From Acidobacteriota bacterium (GTDB lineage Bacteria > Acidobacteriota > Terriglobia > Terriglobales > Acidobacteriaceae): 64,000 bases of DNA. Of the stretch, positions 45,406 to 58,626 are shown in pieces (position 1 is the stretch's first letter; each line of letters starts with the position of its first letter). The stretch is from NCBI GenBank assembly GCA_021785495.1, contig JAJYFB010000001.1:9891-73890 (forward strand), written 5' to 3'. The notes beneath the pieces were generated by a model, which had not been told where the DNA came from, ran no database searches, and saw nothing but the letters and a program-made list of their open reading frames with translations. The position numbers and the translations under genes were made by a program.

Positions 45406-46206
45406 ATGACGAATTCCCCCTTTTCGGCCGCTCCTCAGGCCTCCCGCGCCGCGCGGGAAGGCGAACTGCGGGCTGCATCGCCTTCGCCCGCAATCGAGCC
45501 CGCATCCCAACCCGCGTCGGGGCCGTTGATTCGCGTCGAAGGGCTGGGCAAGTCCTACCGCACGGCGCGCGGCAAGCTGGTTCTCTTCGACAACCTCGAT
45601 TTCGAGGTCGCCCCCGGCGAACTGGTGGCGATTGTGGGCCAGTCCGGGACCGGAAAAAGCACACTTTTGCACATCCTCGGCGCGCTTGATGCGCCCTCGG
45701 CGGGAAGGGTATACTGCGCGTCTATCGACGTGGCCACCCTCGGCCCGCGCGAGGCGGCGGCCTTTCGCAACCGCGAGATCGGCTACGTCTGGCAGTTTCA
45801 CTACCTGCTGCCGGAGTTCACGGCGGCGGAGAATGTGGCCATGCCGCTTTTGGCCCGGGGCATGCGCCCGGCCGAAGCCATGCAAAGGGCGGCGCAGTGG
45901 CTGAAGGAGGTGGATCTGGAGGATCGCGGAACGCACCGGCCCGGCGAGCTTTCCGGCGGCGAGCAGCAGCGCGTGGCGCTGGCCCGCGCCCTGGTCTGCG
46001 AGCCACGTCTGCTGCTGGCCGATGAGCCCACCGGCGACCTCGACGACACAACCGCCGGCCGCGTCTTCGAACTGATTGAGCGGCTGCACGCGACGCATGG
46101 GCTCACGTCGATTCTGGTCACGCACAATCTGGAACTGGCCCAGCGTTGCACGCGCACGTTGCGCCTGGCCAACGGGAGATTGACGGCGTTTGCGGGCGCT
46201 GCGTAG
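45406..46206 (+). CDS. ABC transporter ATP-binding protein (LolD/MacB-type)
   Basis: 'GQSGTGKSTLLHILG','FRNREIGYVWQFHYLLPEFTAAENV','LSGGEQQRVALARAL','LLLADEPTGDLD'. No permease gene is adjacent. Confidence 0.85.
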   Translation: MTNSPFSAAPQASRAAREGELRAASPSPAIEPASQPASGPLIRVEGLGKSYRTARGKLVLFDNLDFEVAPGELVAIVGQSGTGKSTLLHILGALDAPSAGRVYCASIDVATLGPREAAAFRNREIGYVWQFHYLLPEFTAAENVAMPLLARGMRPAEAMQRAAQWLKEVDLEDRGTHRPGELSGGEQQRVALARALVCEPRLLLADEPTGDLDDTTAGRVFELIERLHATHGLTSILVTHNLELAQRCTRTLRLANGRLTAFAGAA

Positions 46207-46235
46207 CTGGCGGCCCCGAAAAACAGGGTTCAGGT

Positions 46236-46374
46236 AGCCACTTGCAAAATTCGTCGCACAGGCGCGGTTTTGAAAGGGCACGACTTCAGTCGTGCCAAGA
46301 ACGTCAACAAAATGAGAGGGGCTTTAGCCCCTGACCCAAGGCCCCACCGGCATTCTCGAATTTTGCAAGTGGCT
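46236..46374. mobile_element. 139-bp MITE, family 2, best-preserved copy
   Basis: Perfect 18-bp TIRs: agccacttgcaaaattcg ... cgaattttgcaagtggct. The internal hairpin is ggcacgac-ttca-gtcgtgcc. CAGGGTTC occurs on both flanks (46224-46231 and 46376-46383), offset by 1-4 nt. Confidence 0.8.
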
Positions 46375-46763
46375 CCAGGGTTCGGTTTTACCTTTTGGCG
46401 GTTTGGCTCGATGGCTCCTCTGCAACACTTTTCCCGATTGCATCGTTTTTCCAGTTTTTGAGTCTGTATACCAAAGCCCCAAAGGATTTCATCGAGAAGG
46501 GCTGTCGAGGCCGGGATGGGAGCCGGACGGCGCGTCAAAGCCGGACGGCGTCGCGGGGAAAGACGATCCCGAACCATCCACAAGAGCCGCACGAGACGGG
46601 GCGGAAATTGTCCGCTTCGGCTGCGGGCGGCGAGGCAACGGGAAGGGCGCGCAACCGGGTTGATGCCCGGAGCGGGAACTGCCGATAAGAACTCTTCGCC
46701 GCAGGCGGTTCTCGACTCTGGAGGTCGGCTCGGGCCCGCGGCCCGCAGCGAAGGGAGCGCACT

Positions 46764-49229
<2,466 letters not shown>

Positions 49230-49246
49230 CCGCGCCCACGGCGCGC

Positions 49247-49278
49247 AAAAATGCCCCCGGTTTTCCGGGGGCATTTTT
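49247..49278. terminator. Bidirectional intrinsic terminator (clpC / GH16-like gene)
   Basis: AAAAATGCCCCCGG-tttt-CCGGGGGCATTTTT. Confidence 0.7.
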
Positions 49279-49577
49279 GTGCGCGCTTGCGCCTGAAGCG
49301 CCTTTTGTTTTCAGTTGATCGTGATGGTCAGCGCATTCGACGCCGGCGCGCCGGGACTGGCGGCAACCACCACCGATGTCGAAGGCGCGATCGCCGCTTC
49401 TCTGCCGCAACGTGGGCGGAAGGGCTTTGCCGGGAGAATCCGTCTTCGCCCAGCAATGACCCAGGGCAAGAAACTCCACCGCGCGCTTGGCGTTGAGGCT
49501 GGATCGAGACGAGGACAAGGATCGCCTGGCGAGAGCGCCGGTTTCCACTCTTCCTTCCCTGTCTCTTCCCTCTGCCT

Positions 49578-51386
49578 TCACTCTGCCTTCACAACGAAGG
49601 GAACCGTCAACTGCGAGCGGTTGCCACTGATGGTGGTTGCGGTGAGGGTCAGTTTGTAACGGCCGGGTGGCGCAACCATGCGCCCTTTCTCCGAAAAAAG
49701 ATCCGTGGAGAGGGTCACGCTGTCGTCCTGCGAGAGCGTGTCTGAAAGATCGACCACCGAGGCAGCCAGCGAACAGGCCGCCGTGGCCGGCTCGACCGAG
49801 CAGGCCAGATGCACGCGGCCGGAGTAGACCGGCGCATGAAGGGTGATGATGCTGGCCGCCGAAGAACCGGCGCGCACCTCGACGGGCTGCCACTGGATGG
49901 CGGGCGCGTCCACGGCGGGAATTTGATAGGCGCGAACGTAATCGACGACAAGATCGGCGGGATTGGGCGTTGCGGCGTCCGGGCTGCCGGGCCAGTCGCC
50001 GCCCACGGCCAGATTCATCACCAGGAAGAAGGGATGGTCGAAGACCCATTTTCCATCCTCCGGCAGATCGCTGGCGTCGCGCACGAAGAAGACGTTGGCC
50101 GGATCGTCCACATAGAACTGGATCATCCCCGGCGACCAGATGACGCCGTAAGTATGAAAGGCGCCGTCGTCGACGCGGCCGCCGTCCGGCAGCTTGAAGT
50201 CGTACCAAAGGCCGTTGCCGCCGAAGAAGTGCGGTCCGTGCAGCGTGGCGCGGATCATCGACGGCCCCAGGCCGTTGGTGCGCTGGGTCAGCGAGACGTT
50301 CTCCGCGACGGTGACCGAGCCGGAGGCTGGCCAGCCTGCCGTCAGAACGTTCGCGCCGAGCATCCAGAAGGCCGGCCACAGGCCGGTTCCCACAGGCATT
50401 TTGATGCGCGCCTCGATGCGCCCGTACTGAAAATCCTTGAGTCCGCGGGTGGTGATCCGCGCCGAGGTCCATGTGCCGTCGGGAGCACGCTGCGCGCGCA
50501 GCACCAGGTGGCCATTGCCATCGAGAAAGGCATTGGGCCGGTGTGCATCGCAGCCAGGAGGGTTGGCCCCGCGCGGCGCACAGTAGGTCTCCACCTCGCG
50601 ATTGCCCCAGCCCTGGTTGCCCAGCTCATCGTGGCTGCCAGTGTCGAAGGTCCACTTCGCGGGGTCGGGCGGTTGCCCGGCCGGACCGCTGAATTCGTCG
50701 GACCAGACCGGATCGCCCCAGGAAAAGCCCTGCGTGGCCGGCGTCTGCGGATGCACGGCGTGCGCGCCCCAGAAGTAACCCGCGACAAAGACGCCCGCGG
50801 CGGCCACTAGACCCAGCGCGAACTTCAGAAGCGGTGCGCGCAGAACGCCGCGCAGATTGCGCGCTGCGTTTGCCGGCTCCCGCGCGGAGTCCTTGCCGGG
50901 ATGCGCCTCGGCCGCGGGAGCTTCGTTCTCGGCCGCGTCGAGTTGCGCCTCGTCTTCGCGTTGCGCGAGATGATCGCGCCCGACAAACTCGGGAACATAG
51001 TGTCCGAGAGGAAGCACGATCTGCAGAGGATGGTCCCGCCAATCGGTCTTGTAGAGTTCGCGCAGCTTTTTGCGCAGGGAACGAGCCGTGACGCGGACGA
51101 TGGGATCGACGTGCGAATCAAAGCTCGTTTCGCGCCGGCCCAGAGCCTCGACGGCGATGGAGTACTCGCGAATCTCGCCGGCCTGCCCCTCGAAGTACTT
51201 TTCGCAGATGTACGAGAGGAACCGAACCAGATTCGCCGAGCGGCTGAATTCGGGATGTCCCAGCACGCGCCGGAGCTCTTCGCGTTCCTCGCGAAAATGC
51301 TCTCCCGATGCCTGGGACAGGTGCGGCTCAAGAGGTGCTGCAACCTCGAACCTCTCGATTTCTTCCCGCGATGCGTCCGGTTGCAT
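49578..51386 (-). CDS. Membrane-anchored one-component protein: N-terminal wHTH (trans_reg_C-like), one TM helix, a GH16-fold domain with a degenerate catalytic motif, and a C-terminal Ig-like domain
   Basis: wHTH: 'LVRFLSYICEKYFEGQAGEIREYSIAVEALGRRETSFDSHVDPIVRVTARSLRKKLRELY..IVLPLGHYVPEF'. TM: 'FALGLVAAAGVFVAGYFWG'. GH16: 'GRIEARIKMPVGTGLWPAFWMLG...GWPASGSVTVAEN', where GEIDIME is expected. Confidence 0.8.
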   Translation of the reverse strand: MQPDASREEIERFEVAAPLEPHLSQASGEHFREEREELRRVLGHPEFSRSANLVRFLSYICEKYFEGQAGEIREYSIAVEALGRRETSFDSHVDPIVRVTARSLRKKLRELYKTDWRDHPLQIVLPLGHYVPEFVGRDHLAQREDEAQLDAAENEAPAAEAHPGKDSAREPANAARNLRGVLRAPLLKFALGLVAAAGVFVAGYFWGAHAVHPQTPATQGFSWGDPVWSDEFSGPAGQPPDPAKWTFDTGSHDELGNQGWGNREVETYCAPRGANPPGCDAHRPNAFLDGNGHLVLRAQRAPDGTWTSARITTRGLKDFQYGRIEARIKMPVGTGLWPAFWMLGANVLTAGWPASGSVTVAENVSLTQRTNGLGPSMIRATLHGPHFFGGNGLWYDFKLPDGGRVDDGAFHTYGVIWSPGMIQFYVDDPANVFFVRDASDLPEDGKWVFDHPFFLVMNLAVGGDWPGSPDAATPNPADLVVDYVRAYQIPAVDAPAIQWQPVEVRAGSSAASIITLHAPVYSGRVHLACSVEPATAACSLAASVVDLSDTLSQDDSVTLSTDLFSEKGRMVAPPGRYKLTLTATTISGNRSQLTVPFVVKAE

Positions 51387-51811
51387 GGTTGTCTACCGCG
51401 CCATTTCCGCAACAAGCACCGACCGCCGGTCCGATTTCGCCGACGATCGATTGGATCGCCCTCGTCGTGCACCCCGGCCTTCGGTCCATGGATTTTCCAA
51501 GCAGGAATCATAGCATTTCAAGAGGCTCGGCGGAAGAGATGCTGCGCCCCGGCTCAGGGCCAGCGCAGGAATTGAAGGAGAGGACAATCTGCTGGACGAA
51601 TGATCCGGCGCAAAACGATGAGTCCGCGCTTTCCTGCCCGAACCGCAAAGAACACGGTTTGGATCCGGCGCCCATCGTCGCACGCTTTTGGGCCGGATCA
51701 GTAAGGCAGCCGGTGCCTGAGCCGCTCATGATTGGGCCATGCAAATCGTCCCAAGACTACCGATTGGGGTTCCCTGCGCCAAGCAGCCCCCCATCTTGAG
51801 TGAATCGGTGG

Positions 51812-51985
51812 CGCCACTTGCAAAATTCAATTGATGCTCGCAGGATGGAATAGGACAGGGACTTGAGAGGCCGCGTAATGATCCGGCAGACCGGGTTTTG
51901 CGACAGCGGCACGGCTTGAGACGGGCCAGAAAGCCAGGCAAATCCTTGGGATTTTAGCCCCTGTTTCCACAGGTTTTGCCGGTTT
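51812..51985. repeat. Degenerate MITE family-2-like element upstream of cydB
   Basis: The left end 'gccacttgcaaaattc' matches the family-2 TIR exactly. An internal 'ttagcccctg' is shared with copy 46236. The right end 'aggttttgccggt' only weakly matches the TIR. Confidence 0.4.
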
Positions 51986-52135
51986 TGCGCGTCTTGCGTG
52001 GTTTTCCCGCAGCCTCTCTGGCCGCGCCCTGACGCTTCGCGCCTTACGGCACAAGTTTGTCGAGGCGCTGACCGGGCACGCTTCTTGCTTGGCCGATTGC
52101 AGGCGGGTTTGGCTCTGGAAGGGAGTTCGACGAGG

Positions 52136-53176
<1,041 letters not shown>

Positions 53177-53250
53177 GGCCTGCTGCGAAGCAACGATGGC
53201 CGCGGGATACGTCCATCTTGACGCATCCCGCGGCCATCCCCTCTGTCTTT

Positions 53251-54468
53251 CTACCGTGTCGTCTGCGGCGTCTGCTGCTCAAACGCTGCGGCCGTCTGTT
53301 CCAGTTCCGGATCCCAGTGCTTCGGCTGGTAGATGCAGCAGGGCTCCTGCGCCAGCGGATCGCCGGTGACGGCGTAGGCGCGGGCGCGCGAGCCGCCGCA
53401 GATCTCCTTGAACTCGCAGGCTCCGCACTTGCCCTCCAGACGGCCGGTATCGCGCAGAGCCTTGAAGATCGGCGCGTTGCGGTAAATCTCGGCCAGCGGC
53501 GTCTGGCGGACGTTGCCGGCGTGAATGGGCAGAAAACCGCTTGGATAGACGTTGCCGACGTGCGAGACGAAGACGAACCCCTTGCCGTCGTTGACGCGGC
53601 GTGTGGCCCAGGCGTGGTTGCGGCTGGCGGCGTCGGCCGTGGGCGCGCCCGGCTCGTAATCGGCGCCCTGCGGATGCCCGCCGGGATGGCCGTGCCCGTG
53701 GCCCATCTTCCGCTCCTCCAGATTGTGCTGCAGCAGGTAGCGGCGATAGTGCATCGCCTCGGTGGTCTTGATCTGGAAGTTGGCGCGCCGGGAAAGCTCG
53801 TAGATTTTGGCGAAGACCTGCTCGAACTCCTCGCCGCTCAGAAGGTCGCCGAGCTGGCCGCGGCCCACCGGAACCAGAAAAAAGACATTCCACATCACGA
53901 TGGCGAGCTTTTCGAAGAGGTCGCAGAGGTTGTCGAGGTCGTGCGCATTGTGGCGGCTGAGCGTCGAGTGGACCTGAATGGGGATACCCGCCTCGTTGGC
54001 CCATTCGATGGCCTGGATGGTCCGCGCCCAGGCGCCCGGCAGACCGCGAAAGGCGTCGTGAATCTCCGGCGTCGAACCGTCAAGCGAGATGCCGAGCCGC
54101 ACCACGCCGGCTTCCTTCATTTTGAAGATCTGCTCGCGCGTCAGCAGCGGCGTCGCGCTGGGCGTCACGGCGACATGAACGCCCTTGCCCGAGGCGTAGC
54201 GAATCAACTCGAAAAGATCCTTGCGTTTGAGCGGGTCGCCCCCGGTGAAGACGAAGATGGGGATGCGCATCTCCGCAATCTGGTCGATCAGCGCCTTGCC
54301 CTCCTCGTGCGTCAGCTCGTCGGGGTGAGGAATGGGCTGCGCCGCGGCCCGGCAGTGTTTGCAGGCCAGGTCGCAGGATTGCGTCACCTCCCAAATGACC
54401 AGGAAGGGGGTTTCGTCGAAATCGATCCCGCCACGGGCGGGAATGTTGTGCATCGGCTGCAATGTCAT
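53251..54468 (-). CDS. Radical SAM/SPASM-domain protein (AhbD/PqqE-like maturase family)
   Basis: 'VIWEVTQSCDLACKHCRA','FTGGDPLKR'. C-terminal SPASM motif: 'GKCGACEFKEICGGSRARAYAVTGDPLAQEPCCIY'. ATG at 54468 is preceded by AAGAGG. Confidence 0.85.
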   Translation of the reverse strand: MTLQPMHNIPARGGIDFDETPFLVIWEVTQSCDLACKHCRAAAQPIPHPDELTHEEGKALIDQIAEMRIPIFVFTGGDPLKRKDLFELIRYASGKGVHVAVTPSATPLLTREQIFKMKEAGVVRLGISLDGSTPEIHDAFRGLPGAWARTIQAIEWANEAGIPIQVHSTLSRHNAHDLDNLCDLFEKLAIVMWNVFFLVPVGRGQLGDLLSGEEFEQVFAKIYELSRRANFQIKTTEAMHYRRYLLQHNLEERKMGHGHGHPGGHPQGADYEPGAPTADAASRNHAWATRRVNDGKGFVFVSHVGNVYPSGFLPIHAGNVRQTPLAEIYRNAPIFKALRDTGRLEGKCGACEFKEICGGSRARAYAVTGDPLAQEPCCIYQPKHWDPELEQTAAAFEQQTPQTTR

Positions 54469-54576
54469 GGCGACCTCTTGGGGATATGGGCTTCGTCCGG
54501 AAGGCGCATCGCACCCGCGTTCGGTCCCGGCTCGCTCCATTTCTTTCCTAGGAGAGCAGGCCAGGGGCCAATGGGC

Positions 54577-54592
54577 TGTGATTTAGGTCACT
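54577..54592. promoter_or_regulatory. CRP/FNR-family-type palindrome TGTGA-N6-TCACT in a divergent promoter region
   Basis: 'tgtgatttaggtcact' lies between the rSAM/SPASM gene (start 54468, minus) and the USP gene (start 54837, plus). It matches 9 of 10 positions of TGTGA-N6-TCACA. Confidence 0.4.
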
Positions 54593-54836
54593 TCGCGTAT
54601 CCAATTCCTTCTTTGGCCGCTCTGGACAAATCCGGGAATTGAGAACACAATCATCTCACCGGAAGTTCGATGCACCGTCTAAAGCAACTATAGTAGCTAG
54701 CGAAGCAAGGAACCATCGCAGTGGTTGCCGCAGCCGGAAACAGACCGGATGAGGCGCGTAGCGCGGTATGGAGTGATCAACCATTCTGCCCCTCGGGCGA
54801 TCCGCAAGCGTTTGAACGCACCGGAAGGAGGTTCTC

Positions 54837-55799
54837 ATGGCCGCCATCCTGAAGCCGGGTTGGAGCAAACCCTCCACCATCCTTTTTGCCGCCGAGGTTC
54901 CGGCGAACGAAAAGGCCTTTGCCTTCGCCCTGGCGCAGGCCAGGGAGTTTGATTCCGAACTGGTTATTTTTCATGCCTATGACACGCTGATTGTCGCCGT
55001 TTCGGAAACCTCCGGCGTGCGCTACTACGACGACTACGAGGCGGCAGCGCATGACGAAAGGCGTCATCTGGAGCCGCTGGCCGCGCGGGCGCGCGAGGCC
55101 GGTCTGCGCTGCGAGGTTGTCGTGCGGCCGGGGCTGCCGGCCGACGAGATTCTGGCCTTTGCTCACGAGCGCCAGGTGGACCGTATCGTGATGGGCACGC
55201 ACTCGCCGGGCGCGATCGGCAAACTGCTGGTGGGCTCGGTGGCCGAGGCCGTGCTGCGCACGGCCAACGCGCCGGTGTATGTCGTCGGGCCGGACGTGGT
55301 CGACGGCAGCTACCGCAACTTCGCCACGCGGACCATTCTGTGCGCCATCAGCAGGCACGAAGCCAGCGCGGTGGTTGCGGCCTTTGCCGCCGAGCTTGCT
55401 CGCCAGCACGGGGCGCGGCTGATTTTGCAGCATGTCATCCGCCCGCAGGAGCGCGCCGAGGTGCTGGCTGGCCGCTCGCTTGACGAGGTGGAGGCCGAGA
55501 TTCTTGCCCTGGTTCCCGCGCCGCTCCAGAGCCAGGTTCCCATCCAGACCATTGTGGTGCCCGGCGATCCCACGGAAGAGCTGCTCTATCAAAGCCAGGC
55601 GCAACTGGTCGATCTGATCGTGCTGGGCGCGCAGGGAGCCTCGGCCTTTGCCGCCATCACCCGCCACGGGGTGGTCTATAAAACGCTGGCGCACACCCAC
55701 TGCCCGGTGATTACGCTCTCGCCGGTGGTGTTGGCCGCCAGCGGTTCGCGCTCGGAAAATCTGCGCCCGGCAGAAGCCTACCTGGCCGGGGTTTTTTAG
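54837..55799 (+). CDS. Tandem universal stress protein (two UspA domains)
   Basis: GGAAGGAGG precedes ATG 54837. Motifs 'ELVIFHAYD','VDRIVMGTHSPGAIGKLLVGSVAEAVLRTANAPVYVV'. Second domain: 'LIVLGAQGASAFAAITRHGVVYKTLAHTHCPVITL'. Confidence 0.85.
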   Translation: MAAILKPGWSKPSTILFAAEVPANEKAFAFALAQAREFDSELVIFHAYDTLIVAVSETSGVRYYDDYEAAAHDERRHLEPLAARAREAGLRCEVVVRPGLPADEILAFAHERQVDRIVMGTHSPGAIGKLLVGSVAEAVLRTANAPVYVVGPDVVDGSYRNFATRTILCAISRHEASAVVAAFAAELARQHGARLILQHVIRPQERAEVLAGRSLDEVEAEILALVPAPLQSQVPIQTIVVPGDPTEELLYQSQAQLVDLIVLGAQGASAFAAITRHGVVYKTLAHTHCPVITLSPVVLAASGSRSENLRPAEAYLAGVF

Positions 55800-55821
55800 G
55801 CCGCGCGCGGCGGCCTGCACT

Positions 55822-56916
55822 TTGACCGGCTCCCGCGCGCGCAGTTTGACGCTTCTCGATCCACATCGTGGCCCGCTCGATTGGAGTCCGGCCAAGGCCT
55901 TGCGCTATACTTTGCGCAACGGGCAGCCTGCTACCGGCGAGACCCGCTGGGCGAGGTGCGTCTTCCCGAGGAAACCCCTCATCGCCGCGGACCGGATTCC
56001 GCCATCGGAGACATCGCGTTGGCGCGCGGTGGCGCGCGTGCTCCGAAGTCCCATCGATAGTTTGAGTTGTGCGTTTCTTCCCGCCTCCTGCGCGCTCTGC
56101 GGCTTTCCTCTGCCGCAGCTTTCTTTCGTGCCCATTTGTGATCTTTGCTGGAGGGAATTTCCCCGCCAGCCCGAAGCGGTTTGTCCGCGTTGCGGCGGTG
56201 CGCTCGGTTCGTTCTCCGCCGCCGCCGGGCTTTGCCGCGCCTGTCGGTTTGTGCCGCCGCCGTTTGTGCGCGCCGTCTCCTACGGCGTCTACCAGGACAG
56301 GATGCGCGAGGCCATTCACGCCTTCAAATACGACCGCCTGTATGGCGCCTCGCGCGGCCTGGGCCGGATGCTGGCCGAGGCTATGGCGCAACTGGCCGCC
56401 GAAGCGCCCGCGGAGATGCTCGTCGTGCCCGTTCCGCTGCACCGTTCCAAGCACAGGCTGCGGGGATTCAACCAGGCGCGGGCGCTGGCCGCCGAGGCGA
56501 TCCGATTTTTGCGCAAAACCCATCCTGACTGGCGGCTGAGATTGGCTTCACGCACGCTTCTGCGTCAGCGCGCCACCGAGAGCCAGGCCGGCCTGACGCC
56601 GCGCCAGCGCCGGCAGAATGTGCGCGGGGCCTTTGCCGTCTCCGACCCGGCGCAGGTGAAAGCGCGGCATATTCTGCTGGTGGACGACATTCTGACCACC
56701 GGCGCCACGGCGCGCGCCTCAGCGCTGGCGCTGATCGCCGCTGGAGCCGCCTCCGTCTGGGTGGCGACGCTGGCGCGGGCGCAGCGCGCCGAGGGGGATG
56801 GATTGTTCAGTGGAGTCGGCGGAGTTGGCGGAGTTCGTGAAGAGAGGGAAGAGAGTGAAGTTCAGAAAGCCGGGACGCTTGATCGAGGGGATTGGCCGGT
56901 GATCTGTCTCCCGTAG
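55822..56916 (+). CDS. comF: ComF-family phosphoribosyltransferase-like protein
   Basis: '[24 protein letters not shown]','[19 protein letters not shown]','[14 protein letters not shown]'. The start is uncertain (the track start is TTG). GTG at 56029 ([18 protein letters not shown]) fits family N-termini better. Confidence 0.8.
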   Translation: MTGSRARSLTLLDPHRGPLDWSPAKALRYTLRNGQPATGETRWARCVFPRKPLIAADRIPPSETSRWRAVARVLRSPIDSLSCAFLPASCALCGFPLPQLSFVPICDLCWREFPRQPEAVCPRCGGALGSFSAAAGLCRACRFVPPPFVRAVSYGVYQDRMREAIHAFKYDRLYGASRGLGRMLAEAMAQLAAEAPAEMLVVPVPLHRSKHRLRGFNQARALAAEAIRFLRKTHPDWRLRLASRTLLRQRATESQAGLTPRQRRQNVRGAFAVSDPAQVKARHILLVDDILTTGATARASALALIAAGAASVWVATLARAQRAEGDGLFSGVGGVGGVREEREESEVQKAGTLDRGDWPVICLP

Positions 56917-56972
56917 CGGTTTTTGTCTGCGGGAAGCCAGCCACGCGATTTCTTCCAGCCGAGGGGGAAGGG

Positions 56973-57593
56973 ATGTCGTTGGGAAAGGCGATGATTCACG
57001 CACGCAAGCAGAAGGCGATCGCCAAGGCCGTGGCGATCGCGGGCAGCCACGAAATCGTGCAGCAAACGCACGCGCATATTCTGCAAATGCCGGTGCTGGT
57101 GCTCAACGCATCGTACGAGCCGATCAACATCTGCGGCGCGCGCCGCGCCCTGGTGCTCGTGCTCAAGGGCATTGCCCGCACCGAGGAGGAGCACGGAACG
57201 ACGCTGCACGCGCAGCGCGCCACGGTCTCCATGCCCTCGGTGATCCGTCTGCTGGAATACCGACGCATTCCCTACCAGACGCGCGCCCTCTCGCGCAAAA
57301 ACATTCTGTTGCGCGACCGCAACGCCTGCCAGTACTGCGGCGAAGTCCTGCCGCCGGGCGATCTCACGCTCGATCACGTGGTGCCGCGCTCGCGCGGGGG
57401 CAGCTCGACCTGGGAGAATCTTGTCGCCTGCTGCCACGACTGCAACCACAAGAAGGGCAACCGCCTGCTGAGCGAGATCGACGACATGATCCTGTTGCGC
57501 GAGCCGCGTCCATTTTCGCTGCACACCAGCCGCCAGATCATGCGCATGCTCGGCCGCGGCGATGACCGCTGGCGCAAATATCTTTTTTACTGA
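56973..57593 (+). CDS. HNH endonuclease-domain protein
   Basis: '[50 protein letters not shown]'. ATG at 56973 follows GAGGGGGAAGG. An alternative ATG is at 57087 (MPVLVLN). Confidence 0.8.
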   Translation: MSLGKAMIHARKQKAIAKAVAIAGSHEIVQQTHAHILQMPVLVLNASYEPINICGARRALVLVLKGIARTEEEHGTTLHAQRATVSMPSVIRLLEYRRIPYQTRALSRKNILLRDRNACQYCGEVLPPGDLTLDHVVPRSRGGSSTWENLVACCHDCNHKKGNRLLSEIDDMILLREPRPFSLHTSRQIMRMLGRGDDRWRKYLFY

Positions 57594-57606
57594 TCCGGAT
57601 GCGTTG

Positions 57607-58626
57607 CTATTCCGGGCGAACGCGACGGGCCAGCGCCCACTTCAATGCGTCAACGCCTTCGCCGGTGACGGCCGAGATGGCGTGAAACTCCAGCTTGCGG
57701 CGCTTGGCGTAGGCGGTCAATTTCTTGAGTTTGTCGGGGTTGGCCGCATCGATCTTCGTGGCTACGACGATGGTCGGCTTTTTGGCCAGCGGGTGCTCGC
57801 TGCTGCCGCTGAAGTTGGCCAGTTCGTTGGCGATGGTGCGAAAGTCCTCAACGGGGTCGGGACGGCCCGAACCGTCGGAGACATCGACCAGATGGGCCAG
57901 AACGCGGGTGCGCTCGATGTGGCGCAGGAACTGGACGCCGAGGCCCGCGCCCAGGTGCGCGCCTTCGATCAGCCCCGGAACGTCGGCGACGACAAAGGAT
58001 TGCTGCTCGGGCTCCTCGCCGACGGTGACGACGCCGAGGTTCGGTTCAAGCGTGGTGAATGGATAGTCGGCAATCTTCGGCCGCGCGGCCGAAAGGCGCG
58101 AGATCAGCGTGGATTTGCCGGCGTTTGGGTAGCCAACGAGGCCCACATCGGCCAGCAGCTTCAGCTCCAGGCGAAAGAGGCGCTCTTCGCCGGCGCGGCC
58201 CAGCTCGTGCTCGCGCGGAGCCTGGTGGGTGCTCGTGGCAAAGTGCTGATTGCCGCGTCCGCCGCGCCCACCGCGCGCAATGACAATGCGCTCGTCCGGC
58301 TCGCGGAAATCGTGGACCAGCTCGCCCGTCTCGGCGTCGTAAAGCGCCGTGCCGACCGGAACCTGGAGCACGATCGAGTCGCCATCCTGGCCGGTGCAGT
58401 TCGAGCCCATGCCGTGCTCGCCGCGCTGCGCCTTGTGCTCGGGGTTATAGCGAAAATGGATGAGCGTGTTGTGACGCTGGCTGGATTCCATGAGGACGTC
58501 GCCGCCGCGCCCGCCGTCGCCGCCCGAAGGGCCGCCGCGCGGCACGAATTTCTCGCGGCGAAAGGCCATGCAGCCGTTGCCGCCGTCGCCAGCCTTGACG
58601 CGAATTTTGGCTTCGTCGATGAACAT
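57607..58626 (-). CDS. obg: GTPase Obg/CgtA
   Basis: '[44 protein letters not shown]','[16 protein letters not shown]'. Confidence 0.95.
   Translation of the reverse strand: MFIDEAKIRVKAGDGGNGCMAFRREKFVPRGGPSGGDGGRGGDVLMESSQRHNTLIHFRYNPEHKAQRGEHGMGSNCTGQDGDSIVLQVPVGTALYDAETGELVHDFREPDERIVIARGGRGGRGNQHFATSTHQAPREHELGRAGEERLFRLELKLLADVGLVGYPNAGKSTLISRLSAARPKIADYPFTTLEPNLGVVTVGEEPEQQSFVVADVPGLIEGAHLGAGLGVQFLRHIERTRVLAHLVDVSDGSGRPDPVEDFRTIANELANFSGSSEHPLAKKPTIVVATKIDAANPDKLKKLTAYAKRRKLEFHAISAVTGEGVDALKWALARRVRPE

Noticed and set aside
49311-49577. An open frame continuing in phase for 88 codons after the GH16-like gene's TGA stop. It ends '...STSVVVAASPGAPASNALTITIN', which raised the possibility of stop-codon read-through or a split C-terminal Ig domain.
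   Set aside because: The first ~55 codons after the stop ('RQREETGKEEWKPALSPGDPCPRLDP...') look non-coding. Only the last ~25 residues are protein-like. Open frames of this length are expected by chance at this GC content.
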